From Candidatus Lustribacter sp. (GTDB taxonomy: Bacteria > Vulcanimicrobiota > Vulcanimicrobiia > Vulcanimicrobiales > Vulcanimicrobiaceae): 64,000 nucleotides of DNA. The position numbers and the translations under genes were made by a program. Where the stretch lies: positions 1,184,001 to 1,248,000 of the forward strand of contig OZ255842.1 of assembly GCA_965277805.1 (NCBI GenBank). Reading direction: 5' to 3'. Of the stretch, positions 55,828-64,000 are shown piece by piece. Below the pieces are notes generated by a model. The model was not told where the DNA came from. It made no database searches and was given only the letters and a program-made list of their open reading frames with translations. Every line of letters starts with the position of its first letter. The stretch's first letter is position 1.

Positions 55828-58800
55828 ATGATGACGCGTCTGCGCCTAATTTTTGCTGCTTGTCTTGCCGCTGCGTGTCTCGTGGGCGGACTGCGCGCAG
55901 CCGCGTTCGCGCAATCGAGCGAAAACACGGGCATTATTCAGATCACGGTCAAGAGCGCCGATAGCCAGGCGCTGCTGTCCAACGCGCGTGTGTTCTTGCT
56001 CGGACCAAGCGTCGCGAGCGCGTTGACGACCCGCAGCGGCGTCGTCAAATACACCGACGTCGCGAGCGGCATCTATCGCGTACGGGTCAACAAGCCGGGT
56101 TTCCGCAACAGCACGTCGTCGGCGTTCGAGCTGCTCGGAAACAAGGAAGTCGACGTCGACGTGATGCTCGGTTCGAACGAGTCGACCCAAACCGCATCGA
56201 GCGACGGCTCCGACAACGGCATGAAGATCATCGGCCGCGTCACCGCGCGCGTGACCGTGTCGACGCACGACGTCGACGAAGACAGCGCGGTGCGCCGCAT
56301 TTCCGACTCGCTGGTCGACGCGCTCAATACCGTGGCCGGCGTCGACGTTACGCAGTCGTCCAACGATCCGGATTCGCCGCAGACGATCTCGCTGCACGGA
56401 CACGACGAATCGCAGACCGCGGTCACGCTCGACGGCATCCCGCTCTCCGCGCCCGGCACCGCGGCCAACCTGCGCGGCATCAACACCGATCTCTTCACCG
56501 GCGCGAGCGCGAGCTTCGGCGCGCGCGCGGGCGCACTCGGCGGCGGGGTCAACTTCACCACGCTGCAGCCCACCCAAACCTGGCAGTATCGCCTCAACGC
56601 CGCCGGCGGATCGTTCGATAAGTACAACTGGTCGCTCGGCGCCACCGGCTCGGTCGGCAAACTCGGCATCGCGGTGCTCTCGACCAAACGCGGCGGCAAC
56701 AACCCGCTGACGTTCCAGCAGTACCTCGATCAGAGCGGCGTCGACTACGCCCACGGCGGCGAGAGCTCGAACACGGGCGAGTTCATCAAGCTGCGCTACG
56801 GATTAACCGACAACACGACGCTCGTGCTCACAGCGCTCGAGAATAATCAGGCCATCTCGTCGCTGTGCACGCAGGACACGGGCACGCTGCCGTGCGGCAT
56901 CGGCCCCGGCAACGGGTCCACCTCGAAGTATCAGTTCGTGTACGGCACGGTGCAGTCGCTGGTCGGCCAAGTCGCGGTTCAGGCCACCGGCTACATCACA
57001 TCGCAAACCGGGCTGACGAACGACCTCACCCGGACGATCGACGAGTGCGTCGGCGCGCTCGTGCCGTGTCCGGTCGCCGAACCGTTCGCGACCGGCACCA
57101 ATTCGCTCACGCGCGGCATCGCAACGCAAGGCACGATCAGCAAAGACAACCACACGATCACCCTCAACGCGACGACGTTCTCGGCGCAGACCACGTTCAA
57201 CCCGCTGGTGACTTCGGGAACGAGCAGCCTGATCACCGGCTCGATTAACGGCGTTTCAGCATCGACCTACGCGCTGCAAGATTCGATCAAGGTCAGCAAT
57301 CGCGTCACCGTCGGACCGACGCTTTCGCTCGCATCGACGACCGGTGCCGGCACGTCGGTTTTGGTCGGCTTCAGCGGCGATTGGCGGCCCAACGATTCGG
57401 ATGACATCACGCTTTCGGCGTCGCTCGGCTCGTCGCAACCCGCGCCGCAGGTCGTGCGAAGCTTCAGCGATCCGCAGTCGGCGCGCGTCAATTGCGCCGG
57501 CGGCACCGCACAGATCAGCGGCCCCGGCGATCTCGCCACCGCGCAGTCCGCGATCGACTACCAAGCCGGCTGGACGCACCAGTGGAAGTTCGGCTACCTG
57601 AGCACCGACGTCTACCGGCAAACGCAAGCCGGTCAGCTCGTGTCGGCAACGCTTCCGGCCGCGGCCGGCGGCGTGCCGCCCGACATCTTCAGCGCGGTGC
57701 AGCAGTACTACGCCGCGGTTTGCCCCACGGCGCTCGCGCCCGGCAGCGTGTACGTCAGCGAGCCGGTCAACGGCACCAACCGTCTCTATCAGGGCTACGA
57801 CATTACGGCGCGGCTCGCGCTCGGTAAAGACGTCACCGCGATCCCGTCGTACTCGACCAACATTTCGGAATACACGGCGGCCGATCCGATCTTCACCGGC
57901 ACCGGCAGCACGCTGATTCTCAATTCGCAGATCTACGGCCGCCCGATCCACAAGGGCAACTTCACGCTCGACGCATTCCATCCGCCGAGCAATCTCGAGT
58001 TCATCGTCAACGCGCAGTATGTCGGCGTGAACAACTCGCAGCATCTTGCGCCGTACGTGAACTTCAGTTTCGGCATCACGCACCCGCTCGGCATCGGGAT
58101 GCTCACGCTGTTTGAAACGAACGCCTTCAACAACCAAACGGCGCTGTTCTCGACGATCAACGGCGCGCAGCCCCAACCGCTCGTCGGCGGCGGCTACTTG
58201 CTGGTGGCGGCGAACCCGTTGCCGCCGCGCACGTATCAGATCTCCTATTCGATCAACACCGGCGCGCGCAAGGGCGCCGGCTATGCGACCGGCGCGCGCA
58301 AAGGGGGCGCGCTGCGCGCGCAAGCGCAATCCGCGGCGAGTCCGGCGCCGAATGCCGCGCGCGGCGGGGCGGGTGGCTTCATCGCCGCGCTCGGGTTTGG
58401 ACAACTGCACTTCGTCGCGCCGCCGTTCAGCACGTCGACCTTGGCGGTCGCGACCGGCCGTCCCGAATGCACGGCCGATTTGCAGTCGCTCGCGACGGCC
58501 GCGCTCGCGCAAATCGGCGCGGCTGCGAGCGCGTATGCGGCCGGCACGACGCCGTTACCCGAGGTCACGGGAATCACCCTGACGCCGCACGGCGAGCCCT
58601 CGGGCACATGGTACTTTGCAATCAGCCCGAACATCCCGCGCGAACTCTTTCCGCGTCCGGCCGGCGCCGGAGCCGGCGGCAACAACGGTCCGCGACCCCC
58701 GCGTCCCGGCGGTTTCGGTGGACCCGGTGGTGGTGGTCCGCCGCCGACGTTCCAATCGCAGATCACCGTCGCGCCGAATGCGAACCCGAACGCGAATGCT

Positions 58801-59118
58801 TCTCCTCGGCCGGTGCTGACGCCGAGCCCGGCGCTGATCGCCGCGCTTCAGCCGTTCAAGGCGCTGATCTCGTGCGCGTACGCCACGGTGCTGATGCCGG
58901 ACGACGCCAAGTCGCGCGGTTTCGACGTCCCCGCGCCCGGCGTTCCGGGCGCACGGCCGTCGCCGCCGCCCAGTCCGGCTCCGGGCACGAGCCCCGCGCC
59001 GCGCACTCCGCGAGCCGGCGGGGGTGCCGGATTCATCCAGTACGCGCCGTCGCCCGGATTCTTCGTGGTCCGCGTGCCCGACTTAGGAACTGGTGGAGGA
59101 AGCGTGAAACAACCATGA
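55828..59118 (+). CDS. TonB-dependent-receptor-like outer-membrane protein with long C-terminal extension
   Basis: Signal peptide, carboxypeptidase-regulatory-like N-domain, plug motifs (ISLHG, VTLDGIP, ALGGGVNF), barrel end PRTYQISYS. Confidence 0.75.
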   Translation: MMTRLRLIFAACLAAACLVGGLRAAAFAQSSENTGIIQITVKSADSQALLSNARVFLLGPSVASALTTRSGVVKYTDVASGIYRVRVNKPGFRNSTSSAFELLGNKEVDVDVMLGSNESTQTASSDGSDNGMKIIGRVTARVTVSTHDVDEDSAVRRISDSLVDALNTVAGVDVTQSSNDPDSPQTISLHGHDESQTAVTLDGIPLSAPGTAANLRGINTDLFTGASASFGARAGALGGGVNFTTLQPTQTWQYRLNAAGGSFDKYNWSLGATGSVGKLGIAVLSTKRGGNNPLTFQQYLDQSGVDYAHGGESSNTGEFIKLRYGLTDNTTLVLTALENNQAISSLCTQDTGTLPCGIGPGNGSTSKYQFVYGTVQSLVGQVAVQATGYITSQTGLTNDLTRTIDECVGALVPCPVAEPFATGTNSLTRGIATQGTISKDNHTITLNATTFSAQTTFNPLVTSGTSSLITGSINGVSASTYALQDSIKVSNRVTVGPTLSLASTTGAGTSVLVGFSGDWRPNDSDDITLSASLGSSQPAPQVVRSFSDPQSARVNCAGGTAQISGPGDLATAQSAIDYQAGWTHQWKFGYLSTDVYRQTQAGQLVSATLPAAAGGVPPDIFSAVQQYYAAVCPTALAPGSVYVSEPVNGTNRLYQGYDITARLALGKDVTAIPSYSTNISEYTAADPIFTGTGSTLILNSQIYGRPIHKGNFTLDAFHPPSNLEFIVNAQYVGVNNSQHLAPYVNFSFGITHPLGIGMLTLFETNAFNNQTALFSTINGAQPQPLVGGGYLLVAANPLPPRTYQISYSINTGARKGAGYATGARKGGALRAQAQSAASPAPNAARGGAGGFIAALGFGQLHFVAPPFSTSTLAVATGRPECTADLQSLATAALAQIGAAASAYAAGTTPLPEVTGITLTPHGEPSGTWYFAISPNIPRELFPRPAGAGAGGNNGPRPPRPGGFGGPGGGGPPPTFQSQITVAPNANPNANASPRPVLTPSPALIAALQPFKALISCAYATVLMPDDAKSRGFDVPAPGVPGARPSPPPSPAPGTSPAPRTPRAGGGAGFIQYAPSPGFFVVRVPDLGTGGGSVKQP

Positions 59119-59807
59119 TGCAGCCCTCGACGCCCCCGCCCAAGGTCGCCGTCATCGACGACGAGCGCCACCTGCGCGAGATGCTCGAACTCGGCCTCGG
59201 CGAGGACGGTTTCGAGGTGCGCAGCGCCGGCGACGGTCAGGCCGGGCTCACGCTCGTGCGCGAGTGGCGGCCCGATGCGATCATCCTTGACGTCATGCTG
59301 CCCTACGTCAACGGGCTCGAGTTGCTGCCGATGATGCGCCGCGTCACCGAAGCGCCGATCCTGATGTTGAGCGCCAAGGCCGATACGGACGATCGCGTTA
59401 CGGGCTTACTGCGCGGCGCCGACGACTACATCCCCAAGCCGTTCGAGATGTCGGAACTCGTCGCGCGCCTGCACTCCGCGCTGCGGCGGCCGCGGCTCGA
59501 GCAGCCGAGCATCGTTTCGTACGCCGATCTCACCATCGACCTCGACCGGCGCGACGTCAAACGCGGCAACGATCTGATCGAACTTTCGGCCCGCGAGTAC
59601 GCGCTGCTGCTCACGTTCGTGCGCAACCCCGAACGTGTGTTCACGCGCGATCAGTTGCTCGACCTCGTGTGGGGCAGCGATCGCGACGTCGGTCCGGGTG
59701 CGGTCGAAACGTACGTCTCTTATCTGCGCGCCAAGATCGACGCGAACTTCGAACCGAAGTTGATTCGTACGATCCGGGGAGCCGGTTACGCCCTCCGCTC
59801 CCATTGA
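59115..59807 (+). CDS. OmpR-family (MprA-like) response regulator
   Basis: IDDE, LDVMLP, GADDYIPKPF, TIRGAGY. Confidence 0.95.
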   Translation: MMQPSTPPPKVAVIDDERHLREMLELGLGEDGFEVRSAGDGQAGLTLVREWRPDAIILDVMLPYVNGLELLPMMRRVTEAPILMLSAKADTDDRVTGLLRGADDYIPKPFEMSELVARLHSALRRPRLEQPSIVSYADLTIDLDRRDVKRGNDLIELSAREYALLLTFVRNPERVFTRDQLLDLVWGSDRDVGPGAVETYVSYLRAKIDANFEPKLIRTIRGAGYALRSH

Positions 59808-61290
59808 CGCCTTCTCCGCGCTCGCGCGGCGGCTGACCGGCTGGTACGTCTTCGTTGCGGTGTCGTCGGTCGCCGTGCTGCTGACGACTGCCGGGATCAT
59901 CGGGCTCACGCTCTTCGCGCGTGAGGTGAATACGTCGATCGCGATGTCGCAGATCAACGCGCGTGCGTTTTCCGAACGCGCGATCCAGCAGCGCCAAGCG
60001 TTCTTCGCTGCGGCGTACGAATTCGAAAATCGAGACGTGCACGAAGGCATGCACACGGTGGCGAGCATCCCGCGCCGGCCGCCTGCGCGCAACGGCGCCG
60101 GGTTACGGCCCGGCCCCGCGATCGGACCGGCAAACACGCCGGAAAACGTCCGGCCGCAGATCGAAACGGCCGTCGTCGACGGGATCGTCAAACACGGCAT
60201 CGGCGTGCGGTCGCGCTTCGAGGGCAGCCGCTTCGGCTACGCGATCGCGACGCTCTTCGGCGTGCGCATCGCCCCGCCCGTGCCGTTCATCAACGGTGTC
60301 ATCTCGTTCGGCCCCGACCCGGCGTTCTTCCAAAACGTCGCGCTGGCGATCGTCGGCGCCGTGCTCGTGGCCTCGATCGCGATCGGCGGGCTGGCGTACT
60401 TCATCGGCCGCTTCATCACGCTGCAGGCGATCAAGCCGCTGATCGATGTGACCGAGGCGCTGCAGCGCTTTGCCGCGCGCGACTTCCGCCCGCAATCGAT
60501 CACGACCGCCGGCCGCAGCGACTTCGACGTGTTGGCCCACGCGTACAACGCCGCTTCGGAACAAGTGTCGGCGGCGTTTGCCGAACGCGACGCGGCCGAA
60601 GCGCAGATGCGCCAGTTCGTCGCCGACGCCGGCCACGAACTGCGCACCCCGCTGACGATCGTGCTCGGCTACATCGATCTGCTGCACCGCAAGGCGAACC
60701 CCGGCGACGAACGCTCGAAATTCATTTTCTCGTCGATCGCCGCCGAAGGCCGCCGCATGCGCACGCTCGTCGACAACCTCGTGCTGCTGGCGAAACTCGA
60801 GGGCGAAGACACGCGGCTGTTCGAGCCGTTCGACGTCCGCGGCCTCGTCACGGAAATCGTCGACGTGCGGCGCGGCCTCGCGCCGGGCGTGCAGTTCGCG
60901 ATCGACGAGCGCGATGCCGCGACCGCGATTGCGGATCGCGGCGAAGTCTACGAAGCACTCGCCAACATCATCGACAATGCGATCAAATATGCGCCGGGTT
61001 CGGAGATTCGCATCGCGAGCGCGGTACCGCGCGACGGCGTCGTCGAGGTTTCCATCGCGGATGACGGTCCGGGCATTCCACCCGAAGACCGCGAGGCGAT
61101 CTTCGAACGGTTCTTCCGCGGCGCCGGCCGCGGCGAAGTGGAAGGCAGCGGCCTCGGCCTCGCCATCGCAAAACGCGCCATCGAGCGCGCCGGCGGCACG
61201 CTCCGCCTCGACACCACCGTTACCAGCGGCACCCGCTTCATCATAACCCTCCGAGCAGAACGAACGAACACGCCCGTCCTGTCAGGTTGA
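59803..61290 (+). CDS. HAMP-containing sensor histidine kinase; start uncertain (ATT 59803 or GTG 59860)
   Basis: GHELRTPL, NIIDNAIKY, DDGPG, GSGLGL. Confidence 0.92.
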   Translation: MDAFSALARRLTGWYVFVAVSSVAVLLTTAGIIGLTLFAREVNTSIAMSQINARAFSERAIQQRQAFFAAAYEFENRDVHEGMHTVASIPRRPPARNGAGLRPGPAIGPANTPENVRPQIETAVVDGIVKHGIGVRSRFEGSRFGYAIATLFGVRIAPPVPFINGVISFGPDPAFFQNVALAIVGAVLVASIAIGGLAYFIGRFITLQAIKPLIDVTEALQRFAARDFRPQSITTAGRSDFDVLAHAYNAASEQVSAAFAERDAAEAQMRQFVADAGHELRTPLTIVLGYIDLLHRKANPGDERSKFIFSSIAAEGRRMRTLVDNLVLLAKLEGEDTRLFEPFDVRGLVTEIVDVRRGLAPGVQFAIDERDAATAIADRGEVYEALANIIDNAIKYAPGSEIRIASAVPRDGVVEVSIADDGPGIPPEDREAIFERFFRGAGRGEVEGSGLGLAIAKRAIERAGGTLRLDTTVTSGTRFIITLRAERTNTPVLSG

Positions 61291-61301
61291 CGCGGCAAAG
61301 G

Positions 61302-61351
61302 TGTCATCCCGAGCGAAGACGAGGGACCAGCGGTGCTCGCTCGGGATGACA
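61302..61351. repeat. REP-like inverted doublet between convergent genes
   Basis: TGTCATCCCGAGCGAAGACGAGGGA ... TCGCTCGGGATGACA. Confidence 0.88.
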
Positions 61352-61400
61352 TCAAAGCGACACCTCTACTGAGAACGAGACAACTCTACTGAGGGCGACA

Positions 61401-61976
61401 TCACGATCGTGTTTCTGAAGAGCGGCCCTCGGTGCGGCCCATGAGGACCATTTCGCGCATGCGGGGATGGTCGCGGTCTTGTTTGGCCATCCAGTCGTCG
61501 AGCGGCGGGACGGGGAGGCCGGTGCGGAAGAGCCAGTAGTAACAGCTGAGATCGCCGAGGTAGGCGAAGCGTTTTTTCGCATCGGCATAGAGCGCGTCGT
61601 AAGTTGGGAACGAGCGCGCGTACGATGAGACGTCGCCGTGTTCGGCTGCGAGCGCTTGTAGCGCGCGGGCGTTCGCGATCGTGCCGGCGATTTTCGAGCG
61701 CGAGTGCACGACGCCGTCGGCTTCCATGATGCGCTCGATCTCGCCCTCGCCGTACAAGGCGATCAGCGTGACGTTGAAGCCCTCGAACGCGGTGCGGAAT
61801 GCGTCCCAGCGCGCGTCGATCAGCGCCCAGCTCAAACCGGCTTGGAAGATCGCGCGCGTCATCACTTCGAGGTGATCGTCGAGCGTCGGCGCGGCGATGA
61901 CGCGCGGAATGCGTTCGGGGGGCGTGGGCTTGCTCGTGCGCAGCGGCGGCGGGCCCTTGGCGGACTTCTTCGGCAT
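61401..61976 (-). CDS. DNA-3-methyladenine glycosylase I family protein
   Basis: IFQAGLSW, FRTAFEGF, KIAGTIANAR. Confidence 0.82.
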   Translation of the reverse strand: MPKKSAKGPPPLRTSKPTPPERIPRVIAAPTLDDHLEVMTRAIFQAGLSWALIDARWDAFRTAFEGFNVTLIALYGEGEIERIMEADGVVHSRSKIAGTIANARALQALAAEHGDVSSYARSFPTYDALYADAKKRFAYLGDLSCYYWLFRTGLPVPPLDDWMAKQDRDHPRMREMVLMGRTEGRSSETRS

Positions 61977-61994
61977 CGTACCGGATAGAATCGC

Positions 61995-63524
61995 ATGAAC
62001 AAGACGTGGGTCCTGGTAGCAGCGATCCTCGGCTCCAGCATGAGCTTCATCGACGCCTCGGCGGTCAACGTTGCGTTGCCGATCATCCAGCGCGAGCTGG
62101 GCGCGACGCTGGCCGAAATGCAATGGGTAATCGAGGCCTACGCCTTGTTTCTCTCGGCGCTAATCCTCGTCGGCGGTTCGCTCGGCGACATCTTCGGCCG
62201 CCGTAAGCTCTTCGTCATCGGCATCGCAATCTTCACCGTGGCGTCAATCGGCTGCGCGGCGGCGCCGAATATTATCGTCCTGATCGTCTCGCGTTCGATC
62301 CAAGGCATCGGCGCGGCGCTCGCGGTGCCTGAATCCCTCGCGCTGATCAGCGTCACGTTCACCGGCGCCGAGCGCGGGAAAGCGATCGGCACGTGGTCGG
62401 GTTTCGCCTCGCTCACCGGCGCCGCCGGTCCCGTGATCGGCGGCTACCTCGCGCAAACCGCATCGTGGCGCTGGGTGTTTCTCATCAACGTTCCGCTCGC
62501 GCTGCTGGTGCTCGCGATCGCGATCCTGCGCGTGCCCGAAAGCCGCGATGAGCAGGCCTCGCACGCGATCGATTGGAGCGGCGCGCTGCTCGCAACCTTT
62601 GGTCTCGGCGGGCTCGTGTACGGGCTCATCCGCGTTCAGCTTGCCGGCGGCCGCATCGACGGCGGTATTGCGATCGTGGCCGGACTCGCGATCCTGGCGG
62701 CGTTCATCATCGTCGAGAAGCGCACCGCGCATCCGATGATGCCGCTGAAGATGTTCGCCTCACCGGTGTTCGCCATCGCGAACCTCTACACGCTCGCGCT
62801 GTATACCGCGCTCGGCGGCTCGCTGTATTTCTTTCCGTTCGTGCTCATCGACGTGCAAGGCTACTCGCCGACGGCTGCCGGCGCGACGTTTCTGCCGTTC
62901 GTCGTTTTGCAGTTCGTCCTCTCGCGCTGGTCGGGCGGAATCGTGCCGCGCGTCGGCGCGCGCTTGCCGCTCGTGGCCGGTGCAGCGTTCGCGGGCTGCG
63001 CGTTCATCCTCTACAGCCTGCCGGGTGTCGGCAGCACCAACTACTGGACGAGCTACTTCCCGGCCGTGCTGGTGCTCGGCATCGGCGCGACGCTGTTCAT
63101 CGCGCCGCTGACGACCACGGTCTTCGACTCATCCGATCCGGCGCTGAGCGGGCTCGCTTCGGGGATCAACAACGCCGTCGCGCGCACGGCCGGCCTGCTC
63201 GCGATCGCGCTTTTCGGCATCGTCTTCACGGCCGTATTCTCGAGCGGGTTCGAGGGCCGGCTCCAAGCCGCGCGCGTCTCGCCCCAAACCCAGTCGCTGG
63301 CAAACGCCGAGAAAGCCCGCTTCGCCGGCGGCACGGTGCCGCCCGACGTCCCGGCGCCCGACCGGCCGGCCGTGACCGATGCGGTGAAACACGGCGTACT
63401 GGCCGGGTTCCGCGGCGTCCAATATGCGTCCGCGGCGGTGTCGTTCCTCGCCGCCCTGATCGCCTTCTTCGCGCTCCCGGCCGGCCGCACTCAAGCTTAT
63501 AAGGAGAACGAAGCAAGCTCGTAG
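61995..63524 (+). CDS. DHA2-type MFS transporter
   Basis: IDASAVNVALP, GSLGDIFGRRK, WRWVFLINVP. Confidence 0.93.
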   Translation: MNKTWVLVAAILGSSMSFIDASAVNVALPIIQRELGATLAEMQWVIEAYALFLSALILVGGSLGDIFGRRKLFVIGIAIFTVASIGCAAAPNIIVLIVSRSIQGIGAALAVPESLALISVTFTGAERGKAIGTWSGFASLTGAAGPVIGGYLAQTASWRWVFLINVPLALLVLAIAILRVPESRDEQASHAIDWSGALLATFGLGGLVYGLIRVQLAGGRIDGGIAIVAGLAILAAFIIVEKRTAHPMMPLKMFASPVFAIANLYTLALYTALGGSLYFFPFVLIDVQGYSPTAAGATFLPFVVLQFVLSRWSGGIVPRVGARLPLVAGAAFAGCAFILYSLPGVGSTNYWTSYFPAVLVLGIGATLFIAPLTTTVFDSSDPALSGLASGINNAVARTAGLLAIALFGIVFTAVFSSGFEGRLQAARVSPQTQSLANAEKARFAGGTVPPDVPAPDRPAVTDAVKHGVLAGFRGVQYASAAVSFLAALIAFFALPAGRTQAYKENEASS

Positions 63525-63538
63525 CGGGCTCCCCTGCG

Positions 63539-63567
63539 TTGACGGTACTCGTCCGGCTTGATATAAT
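63539..63567 (+). promoter_or_regulatory. Sigma70 promoter of rpsL
   Basis: TTGACG-N17-TATAAT. Confidence 0.88.
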
Positions 63568-63624
63568 CCCGAGGTTCGGCCCACCGGCGGTGTGGCCGCT
63601 TTCGTGTGTGTTTCGAGGATAGGC

Positions 63625-64000
63625 GTGCCGACAATCTCCCAATTGGTCCGTAAGGGCCGCGAAAAGATCCAGAAAAAGGTCAAAACCCCGGCCTTCCGCG
63701 TCGTTTCGACCGGTCCGAAGCCGGGTCACCCGGATCTGCCCAATCGGACGTTCGAGGTCGCCGGGAATCCCCAGCGCCGCGGCGTCTGCACGCAAGTCAA
63801 GACGATCACCCCGAAGAAGCCGAACTCGGCCCTCCGGAAAGTCGCCCGCGTCCGCCTCACCAACGGTGAGGAAGTGACCGCTTACATCCCGGGCATCGGC
63901 CACAATCTTCAGGAACATAGCGTCGTCCTGATCCGCGGCGGTCGCGTCAAAGATCTCCCGGGCGTGCGCTATCACATCATTCGCGGAACGCTCGACACCT
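63625..64000 (+). CDS. rpsL: 30S ribosomal protein S12 (truncated by window end; absent from ORF track)
   Basis: [10 protein letters not shown]...PQRRGVC...[11 protein letters not shown]...HNLQEH...[12 protein letters not shown]. Confidence 0.98.
   Translation, partial: MPTISQLVRKGREKIQKKVKTPAFRVVSTGPKPGHPDLPNRTFEVAGNPQRRGVCTQVKTITPKKPNSALRKVARVRLTNGEEVTAYIPGIGHNLQEHSVVLIRGGRVKDLPGVRYHIIRGTLDT

Noticed and set aside
52722-55934. 1070-aa minus-strand ORF
   Set aside because: Only the last ~381 aa (CruG-like) are real; the rest is antisense to recQ
61362-61393. Repeat CTCTACTGAG twice beside a REP doublet
   Set aside because: Too short, two copies, no interpretable structure

Overview
High-GC, gene-dense bacterial chromosome segment with about 60 CDSs and no rRNA, tRNA, CRISPR array, prophage or intact transposase. 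A diderm, Terrabacteria-like host (possibly Eremiobacterota/Vulcanimicrobiota) is inferred from gene style only. Most of the window is accessory catabolism and transport: seven SsuA/THI5-type binding proteins for one complete ABC transporter, two phthalate-4,5-dioxygenase-like Rieske oxygenases, a dihydrodiol dehydrogenase, a dihydroxyphthalate decarboxylase-like protein, an LLM/thiolase/OB-fold/CoA-transferase operon, many MFS transporters, and an IclR-ABC-RuBisCO-like-protein operon. The right part holds cruG-cruF-acyltransferase, recQ, an unusual TonB-dependent-receptor-like gene coupled to a two-component system, and the start of rpsL. The most notable signal is a dispersed palindromic REP-like family (TGTCATCCCGAGC...GAGGGA) at seven loci: it builds a ~210 bp nested hairpin and sits in-frame inside two protein-coding genes. 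Also noted: a TetR with a transposase-like N-terminal module, probable ATA/ATT starts, a frameshifted binding protein, a long S12 insertion, and several operators. All product calls rest on motif recognition, not database searches.
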